A stretch of 64,000 nucleotides of DNA from Bdellovibrionales bacterium (GCA_965217115.1 OZ244239.1:992001-1056000), one strand, 5' to 3'; shown: positions 31,407 through 41,709, numbered from the stretch's first letter. Made by a program: numbers and translations. The notes: a model not told the origin generated them from the letters alone.

Positions 31407-32694
31407 CCCTCCCTATAAGATTTTGTTGAAAATTTCTGGCTCCATAGCAGCCTATAAGGCGGCTATGCTTTGTTCACAGCTAACGCAAAGAGGCTACGAT
31501 GTAAAAGTCGTCTGTAGTCAAAATGCCCTTAAATTCATTGGAGCTACCACATTTGAAGGCTTGACTGGACACGCTGTCTCTTCTGATACTTTTGAACGCG
31601 GTAAAGCGATGGATCACATCCACCTCATGCGCTGGGCTGATCTCACCTTGCTCTATCCTGCTACAGCAAACACACTTAACAAACTCTCCCATGGCTTTGG
31701 TGACGATCTTCTTTCAACACTTTTTCTCGCCCATGACTTTTCCAAGCCCTATCTCATAGCTCCCGCGATGAACGATAAAATGTTCCATCACCCCACAACT
31801 CAAGCTTCTTTGAAAAAAATTAACGACATGGGCCTCCATATTTTCCCCATCCAAAAAGGTCGTCTCGCCTGTGGCGAACAAGGTGATGGTCGAATCATTG
31901 AGCCCGAAAAAGTGATCTCCTTTATTGAGAATTACTTTTCATCATCTAAGCAACCCCAAACAGCACAACCACAAAATATTCTTATCTCTTCGGGAGGAAC
32001 AAGAGAAAACATTGACGGTGTTCGCTTTATTTCTAATATGAGTTCAGGAAAAACAGGCTCATCTATCGCTGACTCTCTTCTCCAACAAGGACACTCTGTC
32101 ACCTTTCTTCATGCAAAAGATAGCCAAAAGCCATCCTTGCCCTGTTACTTCCAAGAATTTAGCTCTTCTGCTGATTTAAAAAAAGAAATACTGCATCTTC
32201 TAGGCTCCACACCGTTTGATATATTTATTCATCTTGCTGCCGTGAGTGATTACTCTGCCGAAAGCATTGAAATAGATGGCCAACTCTTTCCCACTAACTC
32301 TTCAACCAAGATATCTTCACAAGCAGAAAACATCACTGTTCATTTAAAAAAGAACCCAAAGCTCATTGATAAGATCAAAAGTAACTCCCTAAACTCGTCC
32401 ATAAAAGTTGTGGGCTTTAAACTCACGAAAACAACAGATCCTATCGAGAAAAAGTGCAAAGTCTCTGATCTATTCTCTCACTCATCTTGTGATCTTGTCG
32501 TTCACAATGATTTATTCGATATTCAAAGGCAAGAACACACCTTCACAATTTTTAATCACGAGTTAAAAAACATCCACTCCTGCAAAAACTCATCTGAACT
32601 TGGACCGCAAATAATCAAACACCTTAACCCTCGATCATTTGATTCATCTTCTTCTCATTCAACAAATCACACAACTCACGAGATGCCATTATGA
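31393..32694 (+). CDS. coaBC: bifunctional phosphopantothenoylcysteine decarboxylase/synthase
   Basis: [53 protein letters not shown]. Confidence 0.95.
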   Translation: MSQCNPPYKILLKISGSIAAYKAAMLCSQLTQRGYDVKVVCSQNALKFIGATTFEGLTGHAVSSDTFERGKAMDHIHLMRWADLTLLYPATANTLNKLSHGFGDDLLSTLFLAHDFSKPYLIAPAMNDKMFHHPTTQASLKKINDMGLHIFPIQKGRLACGEQGDGRIIEPEKVISFIENYFSSSKQPQTAQPQNILISSGGTRENIDGVRFISNMSSGKTGSSIADSLLQQGHSVTFLHAKDSQKPSLPCYFQEFSSSADLKKEILHLLGSTPFDIFIHLAAVSDYSAESIEIDGQLFPTNSSTKISSQAENITVHLKKNPKLIDKIKSNSLNSSIKVVGFKLTKTTDPIEKKCKVSDLFSHSSCDLVVHNDLFDIQRQEHTFTIFNHELKNIHSCKNSSELGPQIIKHLNPRSFDSSSSHSTNHTTHEMPL

Positions 32695-33461
32695 TTCTCA
32701 CCTTAGATGTTGGAAATTCTCAAATTTATGGCGGCGTGTTTGATGGAGATCAACTTCTTCTTAATTTCCGTAAAACCAGTTCCCAGAGGGGAAGTTCTGA
32801 TGAAATAGGACTCTTCTTAAGAAACGCTCTTAAAGAGAACGGTATTAATCCACAACTCATTGAGAAAATCGCCGTCTGCTCTGTTGTTCCCGATCTTGTT
32901 TATTCCTTAAACTCGGCCTGTTTAAAATATTTTGATAAAAGCCCTTTCCTCTTACAAGTTGGAACAAAAACTGGCCTGCGCATTAAATACCGTAACCCTA
33001 TAGAGGTGGGTAATGATCGTATTGCCAACGCCATCGCCGCCACACATCTGCACCCTAATGAAAACATCATCATCGTTGATTTAGGAACAGCCACGACTTT
33101 CTGTGCTATCAATCAGGACAAAGACTATCTAGGTGGCACTATCGTCGCTGGTATGAAAATATCTATGGAGTCTCTAGAGGCTAAAACTGCCCAGTTACCC
33201 GTGGTTGAAATTATCCGACCAGCACTGGCTCTTGGGCGCTCTACGGTTGAAAGCATACAGGCAGGGCTGTATTACAGCCATTTGGGAACAATAAAAGAAC
33301 TTATTGCTAAAATAACTCAAGAAAACTTTGCTCATAAAAAACCAAAAATTCTCGGCACAGGGGGACTAGCTCACCTGTTCAAAGATGAACAAGTCTTTGA
33401 CTCGATAGAATCAAATCTTGTTTTAAAAGGGCTTCTACTTGCACTTAAATTTAATCATTAA
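32691..33461 (+). CDS. coaX: type III pantothenate kinase
   Basis: [29 protein letters not shown]. Confidence 0.95.
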   Translation: MILTLDVGNSQIYGGVFDGDQLLLNFRKTSSQRGSSDEIGLFLRNALKENGINPQLIEKIAVCSVVPDLVYSLNSACLKYFDKSPFLLQVGTKTGLRIKYRNPIEVGNDRIANAIAATHLHPNENIIIVDLGTATTFCAINQDKDYLGGTIVAGMKISMESLEAKTAQLPVVEIIRPALALGRSTVESIQAGLYYSHLGTIKELIAKITQENFAHKKPKILGTGGLAHLFKDEQVFDSIESNLVLKGLLLALKFNH

Positions 33462-33474
33462 AGGAATTTTTTAA

Positions 33475-34059
33475 ATGAATCTTCACTTATTAAAATGTAA
33501 AATTCACCGCGCCACCGTGACCGACGCCGATCTTAATTACGAAGGCTCTATCTCTATCGACTCTGCTCTCATTGATCGGGCTAAACTCCATAAGTTTGAA
33601 AAAGTTGATGTTTACAACTGCGACAACGGACAAAGGTTCTCTACCTACGTTATCGAGGGAAAACCAGGGGAAATAACTCTCAACGGAGCCGCCGCCCGCC
33701 TCGTCCACAAAGGAGACCGCATTATTATCTGCGCCTACGCCAGTTTCAACAGCGATGAAGCCAAAGATCACAACCCCACACTCGTCTTCCTCATGGCCTA
33801 TTTAGAAGCTCTCACTCCTTCTCCTTCTCCTTCTCCTTCTCCTTCTCCTTCTCCTTCTCCTTCTCCTTCTCCTTCTCCTTCTCCTTCTCCTTCTCCTTCT
33901 CCTTCTCCTTCTCCTTCTCCTCTCCTCTTTCTCCTCTTTCTCCTCTTTCTCCTCTTTCTCCTCCGCTCGCAAAGCGAGCTTGCGCTCGCCCCAGCGAGCC
34001 GCACAACAACACCCCGTTGTTCCCTCAACCAGCCGCAGATTTCAAATAAGATTTTCTAA
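33475..34059 (+). CDS. panD: aspartate 1-decarboxylase; residues after about 106 are read-through into a repeat element
   Basis: KIHRATVT.ADLNYEGS (GS autocleavage site), NGQRFSTYVI, LNGAAAR; similarity stops at 33793, where the inverted repeat begins. Confidence 0.9.
   Translation: MNLHLLKCKIHRATVTDADLNYEGSISIDSALIDRAKLHKFEKVDVYNCDNGQRFSTYVIEGKPGEITLNGAAARLVHKGDRIIICAYASFNSDEAKDHNPTLVFLMAYLEALTPSPSPSPSPSPSPSPSPSPSPSPSPSPSPSPSPSPLLFLLFLLFLLFLLRSQSELALAPASRTTTPRCSLNQPQISNKIF
33815..33957. repeat. polypyrimidine microsatellites: (CTCCTT)x17 plus a partial copy, then (CTCCTCTTT)x4
   Basis: directly visible. Confidence 0.95.
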
Positions 34060-34553
34060 ATAGGACTCCGCTCGCAAAGCGAGCTTAGCGAGCCGCACAA
34101 CAACACCCCGTTGTTCCCCCAACCAGCCGCAGATTTCAAATAAGATTTTCTAAATAGGAATTCACCATTCTCTCGCCACCAACTCACTCCGCTCGCAAAG
34201 CGAGCCTGCGCTCGCCCCAGCGAGCCGCACAACAACACCCCGTTGTTCCCTCAACCAGCCGCAGATTTCAAATAAGATTTTCTAAATAGGAATTCACCAT
34301 TCTCTCGCCACCAACTCACTCCGCTCGCAAAGCGAGCCTGCGCTCGCCCCAGCGAGCCGCACAACAACACCCCGTTGTTCCCTCAACCAGCCGCAGATTT
34401 CAAATAAGATTTTCTAAATAGGAATTCACCATTCTCTCGCCACCAACTCACTCCGCTCGCAAAGCGAGCTTGCGCTCGCCCCAGCGAGCCGCACAACAAC
34501 ACCCCGTTGTTCCCCCACCAGGCAGATTTCAAATGAGAGCTTCTAAATAGGCC
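33961..34553. repeat. tandem array of five copies of a ~104-bp three-hairpin unit (132-bp period)
   Basis: units start at 33961, 34066 (11-nt deletion), 34187, 34319 and 34451; an identical 28-nt linker occurs three times. Confidence 0.95.
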
Positions 34554-34663
34554 AATTGTATTCACGCGCAGTTCTTTTGGTGCTGCCGCTCGCAAAGCGA
34601 GCGGTGCTGCCAAAAGCATGTATGAGCATGAATACAATTGGCCTATTTAGAAGCGGCTCATTT
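34531..34663. repeat. long foldback with perfect 26-bp arms
   Basis: 34539-34564 is the reverse complement of 34629-34654; nested CTTTTGG..CCAAAAG and CCGCTCGC-AAA-GCGAGCGG stems. Confidence 0.9.
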
Positions 34664-34671
34664 ACCCCAAA

Positions 34672-35019
34672 TCAAGCCATAGAAGATAGAGCCACATCAC
34701 GATCCTCATAAGTCAAAAAGATCGTATTCAAACCACTGATATCCAAAACTCTTTGGACATTTTTACGAATAGAACAAAGGGCTGTTTTCCCCTCTTTTTC
34801 CTGCATTTTTTTAGCTGCGTACAACAAAACTCGAAGTCCCGCACTGGATATATACTCTAGGCCTTCTAAATCAACAATCAACTTCGAACAATCACCCTCT
34901 AAAACATCATTTAACTTCTCATTAACTGTATTAGCCATCGATGCATCCAAATGTCCTTCTATAAGAACAACTTCTACGTCTCCAACACTCTCAATTTTAA
35001 TTTCTGATTTTTTTTCCAC
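34672..35019 (-). CDS. STAS-domain anti-sigma factor antagonist (RsbV/SpoIIAA-like)
   Basis: EGHLD, VDLEGLEYISSAGLRVL containing the conserved phospho-Ser. Confidence 0.93.
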   Translation of the reverse strand: MEKKSEIKIESVGDVEVVLIEGHLDASMANTVNEKLNDVLEGDCSKLIVDLEGLEYISSAGLRVLLYAAKKMQEKEGKTALCSIRKNVQRVLDISGLNTIFLTYEDRDVALSSMA

Positions 35020-35152
35020 AACAACCCTCTTTAGTTCTCTTTATTATTAAAAATAACTCTATTCTAAGAATTTTCACAAAAAAATCCCAGACAAGCTAAA
35101 GTAAACAAGCTAAAAAAAAAAATCAAGGACATACTGAGCATTATGCAATCAT

Positions 35153-37360
35153 TTAAGCCGTAATAGGCAACTCTACGATAAATTGCGTAAATTCCCCAAA
35201 AACACTCTCCACTCTCATACTGCCCCCGTGCTTCAATATAATATCATGGGACAAGGAGAGACCCAGGCCTGTCCCTTTATCCGTGGGCTTTGTAGTGAAG
35301 AATGGGTTAAAAATCTTTGTACGATTTTCCTCTGGAATACCAGGACCATTGTCCTTAACCAAAATTTCAATAAAACTTTCCCCCTCTTTTTCAATTTTAC
35401 GAGTCTCTATCCAAAGACAGGGGGCATAAACCTTTTTTTCCTCTAGGGAAAGAATCTCTGTTTTGCTCTCAATAGCGTCACAAGCGTTCGTCACTAAATT
35501 CAAAATAACTCGGGATATCTCTTGGGGGTAGATATCCACCGCTTCTAACCCCTCACCATAGTTTTTCTTAAACTCCACATTAAAACCAGAACTCCCCACC
35601 CGTTTTCCCTGATAAGCCAGATTAATTGATCTATCCAAAAATGAATTCAACTCAATAACCTCCTTCTCATCTTCCTCTGATTGACCACCACGAGAGTGCT
35701 GTAACATTCCTTTCACAATGTCGTCCGTTCTCTGGCCGTGTGAATAGATCTTTTCAAGATTACCCGTTAAGTCTTTAACCAAACTATCAATAAAACCTCG
35801 ACTCTCTTCAGAGATGCTATTACCTGACTCATTCAACTCCTTAGATAAATCTTCCAATAATTCCTTAGAAAGAAGTGAAAAATTATTAATAAAATTAAGT
35901 GGATTCTTAATTTCATGGGCTATTCCAGAGACAAGCTGTCCCAGTGACGCCAACTTCTCCTGCATAACCATTTGTTTTTGGGCATTTTTAAGCTGTTCAA
36001 TCGTATCTTCTAATAGATTGTTTTTCTCTTGAATCTCTTGCGCTAGTTTTTCTACTAAATTTATCCTCTGCGCCTCTATTGCATATTTTCTGAACACCTC
36101 TAAGGCTTGAGCCATATCCGTGATTTCATCATCACCCTTCATCTCTAGTGGGATTTCAAGATCCCCCTGGGACATCGTAAGCATCGCTTCAGAAAGTGTC
36201 TTGATCCTGCCAATCAAATAACGACTTACAAAAAACACTCCTATAAACAATGCCAGAAAAATAGTTAGACTGTTCAAAGTTAAAAGTTGATTCTGATTTC
36301 GAAAAATTGTTTTTTCAAAAACTCGGGAAACTCTCTCACTGTCATCTTGAATCCCCTTTATCAAAGTTTTTGTTTGATGAGTTAATTCTATGACAAAATC
36401 TCTATTCTTAGACAGATACTGCCTTTGTTTGCCTTTCTCTTTAAACACCTCTTCTAATAACTGAAAAACCCCCTGGATTTGAACGTCAGAGAGATTCTTA
36501 TTGGTAGAGCCTAAACCTATCTTACTCAATAATTCTATTCTATTAGATATCTGTTTCTTTAAATGACGATTCGTGACACCCTTCAACGATTGACGACAAT
36601 TCCCCAATGCCGCTCGAAATCTCTCACGCAAAGGTTGAATCAAGTTCGACCCAGATAGTTGAGGTGCTTGAGTCAACAGATTAGACATAACCTGACTTTG
36701 AGCATTTAGAGACAAAAGACTTTGATAATAATTAATCGATTCTTCACTCGATCTTATAGATAAGGAGATCACCTCTTTTTGCTTTAAAGTCATCAAACCT
36801 GTGTGCAGAAAAAATATCTGATCATCTATTGCTGATATTAATAACTGGCTAATTTCATGGGACTTCTTAGCCACTACTGATAGAGAAGCATTTAATTTCC
36901 CTCTTAAATACAAAGTCGAAATTACAGAGCCCTCTAGTTTTTTTAAATTATTTAGTAACTCTTTAGACAGAAATTTAAATTTATTAATAGACTCCTCTTC
37001 TTGTTCACCAGTTACTTCAGACAATCTCTTCAACGTAGACGATAGATTTTTACCACTTCTCTGTACGAGTTTTTTTGTGTTCTGTATTTCTTTTTCCGTC
37101 TGTGAGGCCAAAAACTTAGGAGCTACATCTATCAAAGACGAACTCTCTTGTCCTATTTTAATTGCTAAAGACAACTCAGGAATTCTTTCCTTTGTAATTA
37201 TTTTTTGAATGTTGTTCATCTCAATCAGAGACTTCCAGCCCAAAAAACTCGCCACAAAGATAAGGGTTACAAAAATAAACAAACCCAAATACATTTGGAC
37301 ACCAATTGTCCACCGCATCTTCAATGTTTTTCTTTTGTCACCTTCTTTCACTGTTGCCAT
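35153..37360 (-). CDS. membrane sensor histidine kinase (large periplasmic helical domain, HAMP, HisKA, HATPase)
   Basis: two TM helices, GDDEITDMA HAMP, GIAHEIKNPL, NLVTNA, DNGPG, PFFTTK, GTGLGL. Confidence 0.93.
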   Translation of the reverse strand: MATVKEGDKRKTLKMRWTIGVQMYLGLFIFVTLIFVASFLGWKSLIEMNNIQKIITKERIPELSLAIKIGQESSSLIDVAPKFLASQTEKEIQNTKKLVQRSGKNLSSTLKRLSEVTGEQEEESINKFKFLSKELLNNLKKLEGSVISTLYLRGKLNASLSVVAKKSHEISQLLISAIDDQIFFLHTGLMTLKQKEVISLSIRSSEESINYYQSLLSLNAQSQVMSNLLTQAPQLSGSNLIQPLRERFRAALGNCRQSLKGVTNRHLKKQISNRIELLSKIGLGSTNKNLSDVQIQGVFQLLEEVFKEKGKQRQYLSKNRDFVIELTHQTKTLIKGIQDDSERVSRVFEKTIFRNQNQLLTLNSLTIFLALFIGVFFVSRYLIGRIKTLSEAMLTMSQGDLEIPLEMKGDDEITDMAQALEVFRKYAIEAQRINLVEKLAQEIQEKNNLLEDTIEQLKNAQKQMVMQEKLASLGQLVSGIAHEIKNPLNFINNFSLLSKELLEDLSKELNESGNSISEESRGFIDSLVKDLTGNLEKIYSHGQRTDDIVKGMLQHSRGGQSEEDEKEVIELNSFLDRSINLAYQGKRVGSSGFNVEFKKNYGEGLEAVDIYPQEISRVILNLVTNACDAIESKTEILSLEEKKVYAPCLWIETRKIEKEGESFIEILVKDNGPGIPEENRTKIFNPFFTTKPTDKGTGLGLSLSHDIILKHGGSMRVESVFGEFTQFIVELPITA

Positions 37361-38588
37361 CCCTCGTATTTCTAAATGACTTTAAGTTCTTCAGAGACAA
37401 CACCTTACCACCGTAAATCCTCGTTAAAAACACTCGGTTAGACCCTTGATTGTCAGACCTTGTATAGGAGAGATTAAAACCGTTAATACTAAACTGACTC
37501 TTTTCTGACTTAAAAGCCCTAGCAAAACTCTCTCGTGTTAATTTTTTTCCCGCTCGCTTGAGAGCCTTAATAACTAGACGCCCAACAATATAGCCCTCTA
37601 AGGTCACAAATCCGACCTTATTAGATCCTTTTATTTTTTTTATAGCTCGACGATAATTGGGAATAAGATATCCCTTCTCTTGATAGGGAAATGGCACCAC
37701 CTGAGTAACAAACACATTACTTTTACTGTCTTTAAGTTCTCTTGCCAAGGCCGACACGCCTACAAAAGAAACAGATAAGAAAAAGGTCGACTTCATCTTC
37801 AATTTTTCTGCCCACTTTATAAAAGTCGCTGCCGGAGCATAAGTTCCAATAATGATTATCGCCTCAGGAATATTCTTACGAATACCCAGAAGAGCTGCTT
37901 TAACGGCTTTTGTGTTTCTCACATAATTTCCTTGAGAAACAATTTGTACCCCTTTACCAATCTCTTTAACAGCTCTCTCCAGACCATGGAGGCCATCTAA
38001 ACCAAAAGAGTCATTCTGATAGAGAATCCCAATACGTTTGACTCCCACGTCATTGCGTAGGTGCAAAATCATTTCGCGGATTTCCTGAAAATAAGAGCTA
38101 CGTACATTCACGACAGTCTCAAGATAAGAGGTTCGCAAAAAAGATGCCCCTGTAAAAGGGCCAATGTAAAGCATCTTAGATTTTGAAACTATTGGCAAAA
38201 CTGCTTTTGACGTGGGAGTTCCAACCCCACCTACAAAAGAAAAAACTTTCTCTTTCTTAATTAAACTATGAATATTTTTAATAGCCAGCTCTGGTTCATA
38301 TCGATCGTCACGGCTAAGAAGCTTCAATCGACGCCCATAAACTCCACCCTTGCTATTAACCTCTTTAAAAGCTGCCAATATACCATCTCTCATATTCAGA
38401 CCCAATTCTTTAGCAGATCCAGTCAATGCCGCCGATTGACCAAAAACAATCTCTGTTTCAGTGACACCCTGATATGATTTAGATGGCTTTTCTGTAAAAC
38501 CTGAAGCCGTAAAACCTAATACTGTAAGACAAAGGTATATTATTAAAAAAAATATAGATCGAAAAATTATTTTTACTGACCCCTTCAT
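37338..38588 (-). CDS. periplasmic substrate-binding protein (type 1, LivK-like)
   Basis: GVTETEIVFGQSAALTG, DDRYEP, GGVGTP, VRSSY..E, YQNDSFG, EGY. Confidence 0.88.
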   Translation of the reverse strand: MKGSVKIIFRSIFFLIIYLCLTVLGFTASGFTEKPSKSYQGVTETEIVFGQSAALTGSAKELGLNMRDGILAAFKEVNSKGGVYGRRLKLLSRDDRYEPELAIKNIHSLIKKEKVFSFVGGVGTPTSKAVLPIVSKSKMLYIGPFTGASFLRTSYLETVVNVRSSYFQEIREMILHLRNDVGVKRIGILYQNDSFGLDGLHGLERAVKEIGKGVQIVSQGNYVRNTKAVKAALLGIRKNIPEAIIIIGTYAPAATFIKWAEKLKMKSTFFLSVSFVGVSALARELKDSKSNVFVTQVVPFPYQEKGYLIPNYRRAIKKIKGSNKVGFVTLEGYIVGRLVIKALKRAGKKLTRESFARAFKSEKSQFSINGFNLSYTRSDNQGSNRVFLTRIYGGKVLSLKNLKSFRNTRDGNSERR

Positions 38589-39745
38589 TTCTTGGGAGAG
38601 TACCTTAAAGAAAGATAGGTTAAATCATCAAATTGAGGTGCATCTCCAGAGAAATCTCTGACACTTTGATGAACTCGGTCATTAAGCGTCTCAATATTTT
38701 CTCGACATTGACTAGATAAAACATCCATCAATCGAGGTTCTTCATATTCATTGCCATGAGAGTCCATAGACTCTGTCACGCCATCTGTATAAATAAACAA
38801 CGTATCTCCTAATTCTAATTGTATTTCTTTCTGCGTAAATTCTTTATCTTTAACTATACCAAGAGGAACTCCTTCTGTTAAAAGTGTCTCTTCACATTTT
38901 CCATTAGAGTGAACAATCATTGGTGGGTTATGCCCTGCATTCGTATAAGTAAACCGTCCTGTTTTAGTATTGAGAACTCCATAGAAAAGTGTCACAAACA
39001 TAAAACTATCATTGTTAATGCAAATCTTTCTATTAGCTTCTTTTATCAGTTCACCCACAGCTGTCGGTGCGTAGGTCACACTTAAGCCTTTTACTAATGA
39101 CTGAGTAATCATTGCAAACAAAGCCGCAGCAACCCCTTTTCCTGAGACATCAGCCACCACAACAGCGATGTGTTCATCGCCTAACCTAAAACAATCATAG
39201 AAATCACCACCAATTTCCTTTGCTGGAGTCATTACAGCATGTAGTTGACAGTTATCATCTAAATTAAAATCCTGTGGCAGTATCGACTGTTGAATCTTAT
39301 GGGCTAAATTCAATTCTTTTTTTAATAATAAAAAATCATCTCTTGATCGTAGAGCGTCTCTCATTTTAGAGAGGTTCTCAAAACCCCGATTGATTGTATG
39401 CTCCATGTCTTCAAAATTAATGGGCTTAGTGATAAAATCAAATGCTCCATTATTCATCGCCTTTCTAATGTTCTCTATATCTCCATAGGCTGAAACAATC
39501 ACTGTTTGTAAATCAAAACCCTCTTCTTGAATTTTTTGGGTTAAAGTTAAACCATCCATTTTCGGCATGTTAATATCAGAAAGAACAATATCAATATTTG
39601 AATCCAACTTCAAAGCCTCTAAAGCCTCCTCTCCATCATGACAAAATATCAGTTCCCATTCTTTCTTATGTGTTTTTCGACGAAATTTCTGAGATATTAA
39701 CGGTTCAACATCAACCTCATCATCTACAATCAAAATTCTTACCAT
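38585..39745 (-). CDS. REC-PP2C (SpoIIE/RsbU-like) phosphatase
   Basis: ILIVDDE, SDINMP; IGGDFYD, ADVSGKG, NAGHNPP, YTDGVTE, DDLT. Confidence 0.93.
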   Translation of the reverse strand: MVRILIVDDEVDVEPLISQKFRRKTHKKEWELIFCHDGEEALEALKLDSNIDIVLSDINMPKMDGLTLTQKIQEEGFDLQTVIVSAYGDIENIRKAMNNGAFDFITKPINFEDMEHTINRGFENLSKMRDALRSRDDFLLLKKELNLAHKIQQSILPQDFNLDDNCQLHAVMTPAKEIGGDFYDCFRLGDEHIAVVVADVSGKGVAAALFAMITQSLVKGLSVTYAPTAVGELIKEANRKICINNDSFMFVTLFYGVLNTKTGRFTYTNAGHNPPMIVHSNGKCEETLLTEGVPLGIVKDKEFTQKEIQLELGDTLFIYTDGVTESMDSHGNEYEEPRLMDVLSSQCRENIETLNDRVHQSVRDFSGDAPQFDDLTYLSLRYSPKK

Positions 39746-39760
39746 AATTTCATACTCCCT

Positions 39761-40207
39761 CTATGGACGATTTAGTTTCTTATGAATTTTTAATCTGTTC
39801 CCTTCCTTCAGCGAAATATACTCTAATTTATCAGAGAGGTTTTGAATAAAGTGTATCCCCAGCCCCCCTATAGGACGATCTTCTAAATTTGACTGAGTAT
39901 CTACCTGGAGATCCCCTTTAAGGGGATTGAAAATTTGAGCATTATCAGTCACCTCGGCAATAAAGTAATTTGAATTTTTGTACAATAAAACATTCACTTC
40001 TGCCTGCTTCTCTATCTCTTTATAACCATGTTTAAATACATTCACTATAATTTCCTCTAAACATAGCTTTAAATCAAAATGATTTTTTTCATCAATTCCA
40101 TGGGTCTCACTATAATTGTCAAAGCCCCGCATAAATTCCTGTAGATCATTTAGCTCCTTTAAGTCAAAAGACAAACGGCAGCTTGTTTTCTTGTTTTTTT
40201 CAGGCAT
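39761..40207 (-). CDS. anti-sigma-factor-type Ser/Thr kinase (RsbW/SpoIIAB-like)
   Basis: LEEIIVNVFKHGY, DNAQIFNPL, RPIGGLGIHFI. Confidence 0.88.
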   Translation of the reverse strand: MPEKNKKTSCRLSFDLKELNDLQEFMRGFDNYSETHGIDEKNHFDLKLCLEEIIVNVFKHGYKEIEKQAEVNVLLYKNSNYFIAEVTDNAQIFNPLKGDLQVDTQSNLEDRPIGGLGIHFIQNLSDKLEYISLKEGNRLKIHKKLNRP

Positions 40208-40665
40208 AACTTATTCACCTCTTTATTTTATATATCTCCCAATATTTAAAAACTCTGGATATGCTTCTACATTACAAGTGCCGGTAAAAAAAGAAGACGG
40301 AACGCACTAAAAACATATTTAATCTCTTGAACAAATTTGACGACCTCTGTCAATTCAGTTGCTAACGAAGAAATGGGCCACAAAAAAAATAACAACACAC
40401 AAAGTAAATTTTTAACACTTCAACCCCATCAATACAATTTGTAACTCATTAAGCTGTTTTATTTAATTTAAAAGAGGCTCGGCAAAGACAGATCAATATG
40501 GTGCGCCGCGATAGTTCGTTGTTCCACCTAAAAAAAATCAGCACTTAAGCGTGTTTTAGAGGAAGGTTTTTGCTCTTAATGATTAACGTGGAAACATCCT
40601 CAAGTCTTTAGTCTAGTTACCAAGTCTCAATAGACGCTTAATAAAAAATTAGAAATACTAAGGTT

Positions 40666-41700
40666 ATGAAAAAATGCTCTGGGCGAGGTATTAAACCTCT
40701 TTACAGTCTTACACTTTCATTTTTTTGCTTTTGCTCTTGTGTCAACTTGGAAGCCAATCCACATCGAGTATCAGTTAAAAATAAGAAAAACTCTATGCAC
40801 TTAGCTCAAGAAAATATCTTAGGTCAAAAAATATTTTCAACCACACGACAAAAACGAATACTCCTTCAGTCTAAAAAATTTGGAAACCCAAGCCCTCCCC
40901 CCTTAGCTTTCGATCTTCCTGTTACTTACAACAAACAGGTAAGACAATGGGTTAATTTTTTTCAGACCAGAGGTCGAAAAAATTTTCGTCTGTGGTTACA
41001 GCGATCTAATCGTTACTTTCCCATAATTAAAAAGAAACTTCAGCAACATCAAATGCCTCAGGACTTAGCCTATTTAGCCATGATTGAAAGCGGCCTATCT
41101 CCTGTAGCCAAGAGTCACGCCAATGCTGTCGGACCTTGGCAGTTTATTCGTTCAACAGCCAATCGTTTTGGATTGCGAACAAAGTGGTGGTTAGATGAAA
41201 GAAGAGATTTAGAAAAAAGCACCTCTGCCGCTATCTCTTATCTAAAAATTTTACACAAAGAATTCAAATCCTGGTATTTAGTTTTTGCTAGTTATAATAT
41301 GGGAGAAGGTGGTGTTCGCCGACGTATTCATGACTATAAAACCACCGACTACTGGCAACTCGTAAATAAAAAAGCTATCCCCAAGGAAACCCAAGAGTAT
41401 GTTCCAAAACTCATTGCCACTATGCTTATTGCCAAAGCTCCTGGACTCTATGGCTTTCGTAACATAAAACCATTCAACCAGCTTTATTTTGACGAAATTC
41501 ACATCCCAGGCGGAACTGATATTAACAACCTGGCTGATTATCTCGGCGTTTCACGTAAATATTTTAGACATCTAAACGCTGAACTCATACAAGGAGTTAT
41601 TCCTAAAAAAATTAAACGTCATAAAATAAAAATTCCAAAAGGCGCACAAACAATGGTTGGACGCTATCTCAATAATAAGAGAAAACAAAACTTTTTCTAA
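40666..41700 (+). CDS. lytic transglycosylase (MltD-like SLT domain)
   Basis: YLAMIESG, AVGPWQF, DERRD, SYNMGEG, ETQEYVPK. Confidence 0.9.
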   Translation: MKKCSGRGIKPLYSLTLSFFCFCSCVNLEANPHRVSVKNKKNSMHLAQENILGQKIFSTTRQKRILLQSKKFGNPSPPPLAFDLPVTYNKQVRQWVNFFQTRGRKNFRLWLQRSNRYFPIIKKKLQQHQMPQDLAYLAMIESGLSPVAKSHANAVGPWQFIRSTANRFGLRTKWWLDERRDLEKSTSAAISYLKILHKEFKSWYLVFASYNMGEGGVRRRIHDYKTTDYWQLVNKKAIPKETQEYVPKLIATMLIAKAPGLYGFRNIKPFNQLYFDEIHIPGGTDINNLADYLGVSRKYFRHLNAELIQGVIPKKIKRHKIKIPKGAQTMVGRYLNNKRKQNFF

Positions 41701-41709
41701 GAGCGTTTC

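Larger units (their letters stand above)
33794..34554. mobile_element. non-autonomous MITE-like composite element bounded by 21-bp inverted repeats
   Basis: TGGCCTATTTAGAAGCTCTCA (33794-33814) is the exact reverse complement of 34534-34554; interior is non-coding repeats; no transposase and no clear target duplication. Confidence 0.6.

Noticed and set aside
33961..34553. CRISPR array
   Set aside because: Units are ~104 bp, the 28-nt linkers are identical rather than unique, and no cas genes are in the window
33798..34637. Minus-strand ORFs (GE and EK repeats, MLLCGSLG...)
   Set aside because: Translations of microsatellites and repeat units; no independent coding evidence
40499..40520. tRNA 3'-end remnant / att site (reverse complement ends CGGCGCACCA) flanking the signalling operon
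   Set aside because: No correct T-arm spacing, no partner repeat and no integrase in the window
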